Position numbers and translations under genes: made by a program
NCBI RefSeq assembly: GCF_964204645.1
Contig: NC_134031.1
Span: 13,875,807-13,939,806 of the forward strand
Length of the DNA: 64,000 nt
Source: Tubulanus polymorphus
Lineage: Eukaryota > Animalia > Nemertea
Reading direction: 5' to 3'
Notes under the pieces: generated by a model
Database searches by the model: none
What the model was told of the DNA's origin: nothing
Seen by the model: only the letters and a program-made list of their open reading frames with translations
Part shown: one piece after another, positions 26,434 to 38,422 of the stretch
How positions within the stretch are numbered: position 1 is the first letter of the stretch
Layout of the letters: every line of letters starts with the position of its first letter

Positions 26434-26960
26434 TTATGTGGTGGGAGGATGTGCTCTAATGTTTTTGACTAATGTAGGTCATACCAAGATGGCTGCCACA
26501 GCTATATTTATGTGTGAAACAGGCAATTTGGACCTTGTTCCTGCTCTAGGGTTTACAGCTTTGACATGATTTTGTTATCAATCAAAGTAGCCTACTTATG
26601 GCCATTCTTGGTCAAAATCAACACTTTTTACCGCTTGGCCGAAGGGGCAGTCATTGCATACACCCGTCCATGCGTCTACTCTGTCCAAAATACTTGTTCC
26701 CATTTACAAGGTACAGTTTTTGCAGTAGAGAAGTTGTTTTCTCATCGAAAGTGTATAGTATATAGTCCTAAAAGCCTATGGGTTTTGGTGATATTATTGA
26801 TTATTATCGCATTCGAACTAAGATGGATTAAATGTAGTTGCAACAATCCTGTTAGCTCTGTGATTGAACCCTTGCTAGAGTAAATCTTATACCATACCAT
26901 TCAATAAATGGTTTTATCTTAATTTTACGAGAAATTGAAATGGTTCTATTTATATTCTAG

Positions 26961-27322
26961 GGAGGAATTAAAAGAAAAGAAAAAAGCAGAATCAAAACGC
27001 AAACGAAAACGTTACTTCATGATTGGTCTTGCGACTATCGGTGGTGGAACACTGATAGGCTTAACAGGTGGATTAGCCGCTCCGCTAGTCGCAGCGGGGG
27101 CTGGTGCAATTATAGGGGGCGCTGGTGCTGCTGCCTTAGGAACTACGGCTGGTATCGCAATTATTGGTTCTATATTTGGTGTCGCTGGTGCCGGACTAAC
27201 TGGATATAAAATGAAAAAACGTGTTGGTGCTATTGAACACTTTGAATTCATGCCTATAGCGGAAAGCAGTCAGTTGCATTTAACAGTCGCCATATCTGGT
27301 TGGCTTAGTAAAAATGAAGGAG
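26961..27322 (+). CDS. TMCO4: TMCO4 coding exon (Gly/Ala-rich transmembrane region)
   Basis: ttctag|G...GGAG|gtgaga. Encodes KRKRYFMIGLATIGGGTLIGLTGGLAAPLVAAGAG...GYKMKKRVGAIEHFEF...ISGWL. Confidence 0.96.
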
Positions 27323-27396
27323 GTGAGAGACGTTGCATAATCTCGACTACATAATCTGAAGCGGCTATCAATCTGCAGCTTCAAACATTCACCATT

Positions 27397-27623
27397 TAGT
27401 ACGATAACCACACTCAAACGTGGTGAACGGATAAAAAGATTAAAACCCACTAGGCCTATCTACAGATTAAGAGAATTTAAAATCAAGAATTTATTTGCAC
27501 CTGACGATGATCTCTAGGGTGAGATCGAAACGTCGTGTTCATTATATATTTTAGATTGTTCGAATCAATAAATTCTTGATTTTAAATTCTTTTAATCTGT
27601 AGATAGTGGGTTTTAATCTTTTT
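27397..27623. mobile_element. Tiny inverted Penelope-type pLTR insertion (second PLE family)
   Basis: Arms ~27430-27494 and ~27567-27623 are inverted repeats around the hammerhead. Flanked by ATTCACCATT at 27387-27396 and 27624-27633. Related fragments at 33494-33617 and 33765-33888. Confidence 0.72.
27497..27538 (+). ncRNA. Minimal type I hammerhead ribozyme motif
   Basis: GCAC-CTGACGA-T-GATCTC-tagggt-GAGATC-GAAA-C-GTC-GTGT: canonical core, GUC cleavage triplet, stem I GCAC/GTGT. Confidence 0.82.
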
Positions 27624-28385
27624 ATTCACCATTGGTTGTAGAAGTCTTGGCAATCCTTTTTTCACCGACCACGATGTTACAGTGGTTCAATTTTTACTTA
27701 ATTTTCCCAGTTTTCTCTGTTGTTTGCCATATGCTTTGTAACTTGCTCAGTTAGTCTGAAATTTGTTGCGATTTCCTGAGTTCGTTGAAAGAAAGAAAGA
27801 ATTTATTTCTGAAAGAAGAAATTGAAGAATGAATGTGCGGCGTAGTTTGCAATATTTACTGCGAAGCCATGATGATAGCGCCCTCGTTTAAGTAATATGT
27901 TTAGCTAACCAAAATCAATGAAGCCGTATGATCTTTAGATAAAGGATAATCTATTAATGAAAAAAGATGCATTTGAATATTTGAAGTAAAATTGATGATG
28001 AAACCACCCGGGGATATCTTGAAGTAAAAGAACTTATTGTTATGCTGATGAATTTTAAACAATGCTAATTTGCATTAAAAAACACTGTATAGATGGTCCA
28101 ATATTGTGTAATATATAATTGAACTCAGTTGTGTGAACTCATATTGGTGTGGCTTGCTCGCAATGATTCCGCCTTCGCCTTCGTGTGGGTATCATCTTGT
28201 TAACCTCTGTGTCTGACCTGCACTACGTCTAAGGTCTATGATGAGACGATATCATTCCTGGGTGCGTGTAGCTCGTGCGGGCTTCTGTTACATTTCGGGT
28301 AGAGCAGTAACTATGAAGAGAGTTAGACTAATGCGGCTGTTCGATGAACACATTTCGCTTAGTCTTACTACGAGCAATTATCTAA

Positions 28386-30470
28386 CAGGAGGAAGCTTGC
28401 CCTATATCAGTGTACTACACACTGGTACGATCAGTAACGCTGTCAATCATACAGTCAGGGGTGTGTGGGATTCGACATCGCTGGACAGCAGCGCTGCGCG
28501 TTGATTCTAAAAGCAATCCATAAAGGTAGTTTTAAGATGACGCATGCGTATTTGGCACCATAATGACCGCGCTTACGAAATCCACAGCTTGGTGAAAACA
28601 TTTTTGTATTTTCCTGACGGTTCCTGTGAATAAAATATGCAGTTTTAGGTAGATGAAGTGTTGATGAATGCCGGGATAACATTCCGGTGAATGCGGAATT
28701 AGGGTAAAATGCTGCCAAAATCTTACAAAAATACAATGTATTCACCTGTAATATGGCCGATCATCATTTCGACCGATTTTTTTCTAGAAATGGTGATCAT
28801 ATATAGGTAAATAGTTGCTATTTCTTATAACAGAAATTAATTAGAAACTACATGGACACTTTATTTACTAATATGAAAACAGAATTCCAGAAAAATATAT
28901 CCTTAGAATACATCAATCATGGACAACTCCCAAATGATCCAAAATTAAAACAGAAATATACCGAAAATTGTCTTGATGCAATACATGCACACAACATGGA
29001 AATATAAGATTAAAAATATAGCTGCAAGCAGAGATAACGGGTTTCTGCCTTTCTGGATAGAATGTCGTTCAGGGATGCGAGCAAAGATTTCACCCGAAAT
29101 CAGTTCGTTACGTTCCGTTTTTTGAAAGAGTGCCACCTAGGGGTCAACTCACAACATGGATATGTTGACCCACATGTGCTACTACGCGCTACGCGCAAAG
29201 TACTAATGAGCCAGGTTTTGGGGGAAATAACATCGAGAAGAACGAAGCTACGGTGGTTTTACCATTCCCTAGTGACAGTTTAAGCGCATATTCGGTTATT
29301 ATTAGTTCCGAACAATGTCGACTGGATAAGAAAACCGAATTTGGCCCAAAGCACAAATTTGGCCTATAGGGTAAACTATGCAGGAGGGAAGGCCTTATAG
29401 TGTTACTATTAGTAGAGGAGTGACAAGTCAGTCTGACAAGTCAAGCGATCAGATGGGGACTACAATTCACATATGAAATTGTCCTCCAAAATCCATTATA
29501 AAAACATAATCACGAACGGTACCATCACTCCCCATTACTTTCTGTCACTGGTCTCTGGCTAGCAATCATTCTTTATCGGTGCAGTGGGTAGGTATTTTCA
29601 ACTGACTTTGTTCTTCTATGACATAACCATCGCCACTGCGTCACGATGTGATGTACATGTACAAGGGACCTCCAATTTGTAATGTATGTGATGTATAAAC
29701 TGACTCTAGACCGTTTAATATCGACGATAACCAGGTATCCCCAACTCTGACAATTTCTGACGCTAACTAGTATGACCCGCCTTTTGGACCTGACCAATTC
29801 AATTCAAATAAGAAAACGCATACCGGTACAATAAATGAATAAAAAAGTGCTGATGTTTTTCGAAGTATTGATTTGGATATTCTCGGAGCCTTCCTTCTTT
29901 ATTTATTTATGAAATGACGTCACAAACTTTTCAGATTCGCGCCAGTATGCACGCCATGATTGATGATTGCTATTTCCACCGGTGCTATCTGTAAGTAACT
30001 TCAAGTTTAAAATAGGAAGCACAGTACATCCATAGAAACTACGCGCAGAAAGAGACTGTTATATTATTATCAGAGTTTAACATTTTTCGTTTCAAGGTTG
30101 TTAGTAGTCAAATCTAATAGAAGATGATTTTTATGTGACAAAACTCGGTGGAAAATATGTTAAAATAATAATCAGCAGGAAGCAGAAACCCTAAATATGA
30201 AAGAGAAGTTACCTCTTTTATACCTTTATAAAAGATGAAAATTACTTCTTGGACCATGAAATACTTTATTTTGTAATTTGTACGTATATGAGTTTTGATA
30301 TTATTCTATAGTCTGGCTCATTTTATCCATGTCTGTCGAGGTGAATACCTCGCACCCAAAAATCCGAACAATAGGCTAACAATAGGCTCATCAATTAGCC
30401 GTGCGCCAACAGTTTGATTGACAGCGTTACTGATCGTGTGTACAGAGATATAGGGCAAGCTTCCTCACTG
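28386..30470. mobile_element. Unclassified TIR element (~2.1 kb)
   Basis: ~55-bp TIR GAGGAAGCTTGCCCTATATC...ACGATCAGTAACGCTGTCAATCA, inverted at ~30416-30470. Confidence 0.65.
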
Positions 30471-30694
30471 TCTTACTGTTCAGTGTGGATTGAGGCCTAG
30501 GCCCAGTCAAATTCATTAGCTCCGCTGTGACCGAAGGTCAGCGGAGCTAATGGGTTAGGGGGTGAGCCGTCGTCGTCCGTCCGTTCGTTTGTTCGTGCGT
30601 CTGTCAACTTTTTCTTCAAATCGCTACTAGTCATACAGGAGAGAATCCCACAATGATAATAAAAAGTCCCAAAATGAAACTTCGAGATAGTAGT

Positions 30695-30742
30695 TTATTT
30701 CAACGTTTCGACTATATCCTAATAGTCATCTTCAGGAATAAT
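30695..30742 (-). ncRNA. Hammerhead motif, inverted pLTR copy
   Basis: Reverse complement of 32986-33033. Confidence 0.75.
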
Positions 30743-30939
30743 GAGATAGTACAGAAATTATGAGATATATATACAATCCAGAGACAAAGAGACTAATTCA
30801 AGTAATCAGAGATGATACAAACTAAAGGAAAATTAACGTAGAAACAGTTACATGCTAAAATAGATTAAAGGGAAGCAAACTAAGGGGTAATTATAAACAA
30901 CAATAGTGAGTATAAATATAAATGAAACTTAAAGTCAAC

Positions 30940-32677
30940 AGGAACCTCTTTGAATATCTACCTCGTCGATTTCGGCTCGCCTTCCAAGAACTACGGAATT
31001 AAAGACTATTAAAATATCTAAGGCTGATAAAGGTGGCAAGATTGTGATTTTAGATCTGGATAATTATAATGTTAAAATGCAATCTCTCTTGGATAATCCT
31101 GGTGTTTATAAGAAACTTAAATCGAATCCTCTTCCTCGTATGCAAGCTAATTTCAACAGAAGTCTTTCGGATATTATTAAACGTTTCCCCTCCGCTAAAG
31201 AAACTCTAAATAAGTTCCATTCACGTCTTCCCTCTTTACCATATATCTATGGTTTGCCTAAAATTCATAAAGATAATGTTCCACTGCGCCCTATAGTCTC
31301 CAATTGTAATTCTCCTACATACCAGTTATCTAAATTTCTCGCCAAAACAGTTATCTCCGGTGCTCGGTTCGTTCTCTCCGTCGCACCTTCGCCATAATCA
31401 ACACTTACTTGAACGTATTAAGAATATTATCCCTGGCAACGACAAATTTATATCATTTGATGTTACTTCCCTTTTTACCAATGTTCCTCTTGGACCTACT
31501 CTTGATTTCTTAAAACGCAGATTACCATCACTTAACATTAACTTCGGCATTCCTACGGATTGTATCATCGACCTTATCTCTATTTGTACGACGGACTCCT
31601 TTTTGAATTCAACAATTGTTTTTACGAACAGACATTCGGTATCGCTATGGGAAATCCTCTTAGTCCTATTCTAGCTAATTTATTCCTAGAACATGTTGAA
31701 TCTGAAATATTGCCTCTTTATACTGATATTCACCCTAAAATCTGGCTCAGATATGTTGACGATGTTCTGGCTTTGGTTCCCTTTGACTTCAATGTTGATA
31801 ACTTTCTTATATATTTAAACTCCCTTTACCGTCTCTGGCTTTTACGTATGAATGGGAATCTAATAGTAAAATACCTTTTCTGGATGTTTTGATTTTTAAC
31901 TGTGGATCCTTTTTGAAATTCGCGGTTTATAGGAAACCTACCAACGCTGAATCCTACCTCCATTACTTCTCTTTTACTTCTCCGAATATTTAACTCGGTT
32001 TAGCTCAAGGATTATTTCTTCGCGCTTTGAGAATTTGCGACCCCTCATTTCTACCCGATGAAATTCAACATATTAACCAATCTCTCAAAAAACTTGCCTA
32101 CCCCGATTTCCTATTGAAAAAAGCTCTACTTAAAGCTCGTACTACGCATTTTAGAAATAACAACCTTAGAACTCCTACGTTGGCTACCGATAAACAGCCT
32201 ATCATTGTATCGTATGTACCTTTCCTCGGGAATTCTAAAGTTTCTCTTCGGTCACTTAATAAACAACTTATCTTTAAATACAATAATAAACTTAGTAACA
32301 TATTGATTAACAACAAACCGAAAACCGAATCCCTAAACTGTGGAATTTATAAAATACCTTGTAAAGTTTGCGACAAAGTATATATAGGAGAAACAGGTCG
32401 GAATCTTAATCAATGCATAAAAAAGCATAAATTAGATGTAAAAAACTTAAAACCTGAAAGCGGAGTTGCTAGTCATGTTTTTCAGACTTCACACAATTTT
32501 GATTTTGCTAATGCTGAATTAATTTACCCTTGCAGCGATAAAACTAGAAGACATATTTTGGAATCTGCATTAATTATTGAAAATTCGAACAACGTTGTAA
32601 ACCTTAACAATGGTTTTTCACCCCATAATAAACTTATATCAAAATTCCTCTGTAAACTGGTTAAACTCAACACTTGA
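30940..32677 (+). pseudogene. Penelope RT + GIY-YIG endonuclease, frameshifted
   Basis: RT motifs KADKG, YGLPKIHK, PLRPIVS, SFDVTSLFTNVP, QTFGIAMGNPLSPILAN, RYVDD. Endonuclease motif GIYKIPCKVCDKVYIGETGR. Split across several frames. Confidence 0.93.
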
Positions 32678-32985
32678 TTTCCCCTTTGATTATTTGTTAT
32701 TTGTTCTCTCATCAATTTCGTCTCTGACTTAACTTGTATTCACCTTTGTTTTAATTTAAGTGCCCCCTAGTTTGTCTTTCTTTTTACTACTGACTTAAAG
32801 TTTCATTTATATTTATACTCACTATTGTTGTTTATAATCACCCCTTAGTTTGCTTCCCTTTAATCTATTTTAGCGTGTAACTGTTTCTACGTTAATTTTC
32901 CTTTAGTTTGTATCATCTCTGATTACTTGAATTAGTCTCTTTGTCTCTGGATTGTATATATATCTCATAATTTCTGTAGTATCTC

Positions 32986-33033
32986 ATTATTCCTGAAGAT
33001 GACTATTAGGATATAGTCGAAACGTTGAAATAA
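32986..33033 (+). ncRNA. Minimal type I hammerhead ribozyme motif in the Penelope pLTR
   Basis: TTATTC-CTGAAGA-T-GACTAT-taggat-ATAGTC-GAAA-CGTT-GAAATAA: CUGANGA and GAAA cores, 6-bp stem II, palindromic rudimentary stem III, bulged stem I. Confidence 0.78.
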
Positions 33034-33900
33034 ACTACTATCTCGAAGTTTCATTTTCGGACTTTTTATTATCATTGTGGGATTCTCTCCTCATCGCGTC
33101 AACACGGATATAGTGTTCTACCAATCGTGAACTAGTCATACAGTTTTAATCAGATCAATTCCAAATTTGGCATGAATGTTCTATGGACCAAGGCCTAAAA
33201 AGTTACAGAGCCATTTTTTGGATTCGTCCCCCAGGGGGCGCCAATGGTGGTGGAATTTCTATTTCTTCAAATCACTACTAGTCCTACAGTTTTAATCAGA
33301 TCAATTCCAAATTTGGAATAATGTTCTATGGACCAAGGCCTATAAAGTTACAGAGCCATTTTTTGCATTCGTCCCCCAGTGGGTGCCCCTGGCGGTGGAG
33401 TTTCTATTTCTTCAAACCGCTACTAGTCCTACAGTTTTGATCAGATCAATTCCAAATTTGGTATCAATATTCTATAGACCAAGGCCTTTAAAGGTACGAT
33501 AACCATACTCAAACGTGGTGAACAGATGATAAGATAAAAACCCACTATTTACAAATTAAAAGAAATCTAAAATCGAGAATTTATTAATTGAAACAATTTA
33601 AAATTTAAGAACACGACGTTACAGAGCCATTTTTTTGGATTTGTCCCCCGGGGGCGCCCCTGGGGGTGGAATTTCTGTTTCTTCAAATTGCTATTAGTCC
33701 TACAGTTTTAATCAGATCAATTCCAAATTTGGTATCAATGTTCTATAGACCAAGGCCTTTAAAGGTACGATAACCATACTCAAACGTGGTGAACAGATGA
33801 TAAGATAAAAACCCACTATTTACAAATTAAAAGAAATCTAAAATCGAGAATTTATTAATTGAAACGATCTAAAATATAAGAACACAACGTAACAGAGCCA

Positions 33901-36145
33901 TTTTTAGGCCAGCCGTAGGCTGAGCCTATTACTATACAAATGGAGCGAATTTAAATGACATGGTTTCCACACAAAAGGCTCTTTTGCTTGCCAAGTGAGG
34001 GCATATTCGAACAAATCACGTATTTAAGCGTAATCCATTCTCGGAATCGTAGCGAGCAGAATTTTGAAATAGGGTCTCATAAAAATGTTTTCTGCATTTT
34101 TCACGAAAGTTAAATCGGGAAAATTTCAATTTTTATCAGCCAATCAGGAAGTTGTGTCTTCCCTGTGATTGGTTTATCTGAAAATATCAGCAGCTGTTCA
34201 CGTGAATTATCGCGATTTCATTACTGCTTCTGCTTTTGCGCATGACGTCATGTATCAACACGCGACAATACTTCCGCGTTCGCTACGTGTTCGCTGATTG
34301 GCCCATTTACTGGGAAATTCCACAGAAGCCTAATGTGGTTTGTTACAAGCGCTGTGATTGGCCCGACCCGATTCTGGCATGGTTTTAGCTTAGTGGGTTC
34401 GAATCCCTTGACGGGTGAAGATGATGGATCCTATCAATATCTATTGAAACAAATAAGTTTCCCGGTTGGGCAGCTGCGGATATCTACCGGAAGTGCTCCG
34501 GTTCGATATTTCGAGGTTTCTTTGAATTTTGGAGTGATATTGAAGTCCGGTAAATACCAGCGGTAGATTGTGAAAACCCATTGCATGATATTTGTATTAC
34601 TTAATCAACGAAAAGCGTCGGGGCCGCGCCAGGAGTTTTCGTGGTTCAAGTAGCGCAATAGCCTACTTCTTCGTGTTCGTCCACCTCAATTTTCACTCCG
34701 CCGATCTCTGACACGGCTCTGTCCCCGTCGGCGCTGTGATTGCACTTTCGTACCACCAAAATTTTTTATTTCTATATCAGGGAGGTCTGGAGAATAAAAA
34801 AGTCAAAATTTGGATATCACATAGGCCTGATTTCATCGAATAAGTCGACCATGGTCGTTACGTTTCCGTACTTATTACCACCTAAAACCGTCTGAACAAT
34901 TTTGTCACAACCAACATTTCGTTTACAGAAATCAGGTGTTCACGTGAATCCGCGGTATCGTCTACTGTTTTACTTCCGGGTTTTATTTTAAGATTTAAAA
35001 TTGTATTTCAAGATCGATTTCTATGAAGTCTTTAGTTCATTTGGTGTTTGGGAGGAATTTTTATTTGCTCTACAGAAAATTCATCCTTGACAATTGCGCA
35101 AGGTTCGCGAAAAAAAGGTTTTACCAAATCGGGTGTATGACCTTGATATGCTAATTAGCCATGTGCCCGAATTGCAAATTCAATCAAATTTTATTCTGCC
35201 AAAAAATGTTAAATACAATTCGCTTTCCGAGAGTTAATGGTATGCTGCATGGAACAAAGTTGTTTTGAGATGGGTCTTGAAGCTATTGAGGTCGAGAGAT
35301 AACCATCTAGATAGTTCGTGAGAGTTCCAAAGTTTTGAAGACGCTTCAAGGTAATGTCTTGATATTTGTTTTATACATGTATCTACCCTTGACACATCTT
35401 CAGGCCAAAAACTGGCCCTGTCAGATTCAAGATGGCCGACTGGCAGCCATTGTTGTTCGCCAAAATCAGCACTTTTTACACATTTTTGAAGTTTTCGAGG
35501 GAAATTTTGAAGACACTTTTATCAATAACCTTGATCATTCGTATATATTTGTATCCCCCGAGGGCCCATCGGCATGAGAAAAATTGAGTCGATCGGACTC
35601 AAGATGGCCGTACTGTGACCTTTTTTGTTCCCAAAAATGTCAATTTTGTCCTGAATTCTGAGTACTGTAGCTTTCTAATGGTGCGCCATGTTTCATTGCA
35701 ATTTGTAATGGGTATTCTTTGGAAAGGGATCTTTTATATCCGAGAGGATATTTTTGACCAGGCAATTATGACGCACTTGGCAGCCATCTTGGGGTCATCA
35801 GTACTCATTCGTAGGTGGAAAAAAAGTTTTTCCACATCATAATTGATACTTAAGCATATTTTGCTACTATAATCAATTGGAAAGTTGTAGCTCATGACAT
35901 GTTCTATGATCGAGGTGAGTTTCGAGCTCATTGGTTTTTTTTATGGCCACCAGGGGGCGTTGAACAATACAATAACTTAGTATTTCTATATTACATTCGT
36001 TCCTGTTGTCTGTGTTAACACACGATTTTACTATGTAAATGATATTGAGCAGGGAGTGTATATTGATAAATATAACCCACAGATTACATCATTTATAAAA
36101 AGCAAATCTGACAGGCTGGCCATTGTGCCCCTTGGGGCTCTTGTT
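33901..36145 (+). mobile_element. HINE family 3 copy nested in HINE family 2, containing a family 1 fragment (~35330-36000)
   Basis: SubTIRs GGCCAGCC/GGCTGGCC and 3' hairpin GCCCCTTGGGGC. Inserted in the T-run of the host repeat (GAGCCATTTT|TTGGA) without a TSD. Confidence 0.8.
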
Positions 36146-36952
36146 TTGGATTTGTCCCCCAGGGGGCGCCCCTGGGGGTGGAATTTCTGTTTCTTCAAAT
36201 TGCTATTAGTCCTACAGTTTTAATCAGATCAAGTCCAAATTTGGTATGAATGTTCTATGGACCAATACCTACAGTACAGCGCCCTTTTTGGATTGGGCCA
36301 AAAGGGGTACCCCTTGGTATGCAGCTTCTATTTCTTCAAATCACACAGCAGAGCTATATAGGCCGATAGGCTCCTTGTTTTAATGTTTCTGATTGAACTG
36401 AAGCTGTTATCTTTTGTTGCTTACCCGACCACATAGAAAGATACTTTCTAGTTTGAAAGTGTGCTGAGAAAATACACTAATGTGCTTGGCAGTTGTAGTT
36501 CTTTTTTTCAATGATTTTCAATTAAATGTCTCTAATGAGGTTCTGAACGCTGGTGAAGTGTTGGAGGAATTGCTATAAAGTGACACATGTCTGAGGGGTG
36601 GGTCCATGTAGCTATCTTCTAGCTAAATTTTCTTTCATCAATTCAATGTATCTTCAATAAGAATTTAGGAAATAATCCTTTCTGTCAAAATCAGCCCAGG
36701 CAACAGATTGATACCTGCATAAGATCACTTAAGAACCAACAAAATGAGCTTATCAGGTTAGACTGCATAAGACTTGATCTTTGGTCTAGTTTAAAATCAT
36801 TAAATTGTACTGCTAATTGAAAATATGAAACATTTTTGAAATGGAACAATGGTAAAAAAAGAAACTATAAATGATTCAAGTTTACAGAAAACGTACCCTG
36901 TGATAATTGCAATATGACGAGTTGAATATTTGAATTGCTTTCTATTCGACAG

Positions 36953-37114
36953 ATTTTGCTTTACCATGGAAGAGATTAGCAAACTCGAAAGAACAGTATT
37001 GTCTGAAATGGGAAAGTAGATATTTACTGCAAATGGGTCAAGCAATAGATTACTTGTTCAACTGTGCAGTGTCAATGGCAGCCCAGGAAGCTCTTAAATA
37101 TACCGTACTCTCAG
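36953..37114 (+). CDS. TMCO4: TMCO4 coding exon
   Basis: cgacag|AT...TCAG|gtaggc. Encodes FALPWKRLANSKEQYCLKWESRYLLQMGQAIDYLFNCAVSMAAQEALKYTVLS. Confidence 0.94.
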
Positions 37115-38142
37115 GTAGGCATAATTTTATTTGCCTCTTAAAACTTTCATTGTTAAGAAAATTGGGTTACAATGAACTGCTGGCTACGTATACATAAAAG
37201 ACAGATTTAGGCCCACTGTAGCTTTGTTGTGACCCTACAAGATTATAGCCTATTTGAAGGTTTTAGAGGCTAGTTAGTAAAAATTAGGTGGACACATAGT
37301 TGACACATGGAAGTGGAATTGACCCCCAAATATTACCATTATAACCTTTTCTTAAATAAATTTGCCCCGAGATATTCATTCTTAAGCAATGTTTTTGTGA
37401 TCAGTCGGTATTTGGGAACTTACTCTGAAAATTTGAGATGTATACTCAGAAGTGGAAATGACCCACCTGTCAACTCTATGCAACCCCTGATCTTAAATGA
37501 AAACAGCCCATTTTTTCGTTCTTAAAGCGGATGTCCCATCACAATTAAAGTTTTCGTGGTTGATTAACCAGATGAAACTTAATTATATACTTAATGCCCT
37601 GAGATCTGCATGTTTACAATAAATTGTAAATTTGACATTATCTATGAATTTGGTGAGTTTCAAGGTCATAGGAATCCTCGCTTGCCTGTATCGCTCCCGA
37701 ACTCGCTTCCAACAGTCCCCGAGCCTCACGCTGCGTGATTTCATAATTGGCGCTTTTGCGCATGACGTCATATATCGACTTGCGATATACTTCCATGTTT
37801 GCTAAACCATTTATTGATTGGTCCATTTTAATTGGGAAATTGTTACACTGTGCTGTGAATGGTACAACCGGATTCTGGTTGGCTAGTAATGACTCCAACA
37901 ACTAGAGAGGTCAAGTGGTTCGGGCAACGGCTTTAGCTTGGTGAGTTTGAATCCCTTGGCGGGTGAAGATGGGTCATAGGTTGGGACATTGGATATTGAA
38001 GTGATCATATTTTCAAGCATTTCACCAATTGAGTATGTTGTCCCTGGACCCCTAGTTTAACTGAATTACATAACATTGGCCCAGTTTTATATCAAAGCTA
38101 TATTTGCAACAAAAAAAAACCATACATGTGTATATATTTAAG

Positions 38143-38279
38143 GTCTTCTGACGGCAGTTGCATGGCCAGCGTCGTTAATGATGTTAGCTGGTGTGATAGA
38201 TAATCCATGGAGTGTTTGTCTAGAACGCTCTATTGAAGCTGGTAAACAGCTCGCTGATGTTCTCCTATCTCGTCAGCAG
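38143..38279 (+). CDS. TMCO4: TMCO4 coding exon
   Basis: tttaag|GT...CAG|gtaagc. Encodes GLLTAVAWPASLMMLAGVIDNPWSVCLERSIEAGKQLADVLLSRQQ. Confidence 0.95.
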
Positions 38280-38422
38280 GTAAGCACTTCCATCAATGAA
38301 GTTTCACCCTAATGATACATATGAACCTTTTTATCTGGCTATTCATTATTGATGCTTCGAAGTAAAATCAGTTCCTTCTCCACAATGCAATGCATTTCAT
38401 AAAGGCCCTATGTTTTCATGTA

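Larger units (their letters stand above)
30639..33130 (+). mobile_element. Penelope-like retroelement, 5'-truncated, with inverted pseudo-LTR
   Basis: 13-bp TSD ACTAGTCATACAG (30626-30638, 33131-33143). 30639-~30937 is the reverse complement of ~32791-33090. RT and GIY-YIG coding remnants lie between. Confidence 0.93.
30516..36379 (+). mobile_element. HINE family 2 copy hosting nested Penelope and HINE elements
   Basis: 5' subTIR AGCTCCGCTGTG with hairpin, (CGTC/CGTT)n, ~146-bp central repeats (33131, 33277, 33422...), and 3' subTIR CACAGCAGAGCT + hairpin + CTTGTT. Confidence 0.82.

Noticed and set aside
27012-27251. 79-aa Pro/Ala-rich minus-strand ORF
   Set aside because: Antisense shadow of the Gly/Ala-rich TMCO4 exon.
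34375-34430. GGTTCGAATCC B-box suggesting a tRNA gene (similar at ~37945, ~43102, ~52675)
   Set aside because: No cloverleaf or acceptor stem can be built. At most these are SINE-like remnants inside other repeats.
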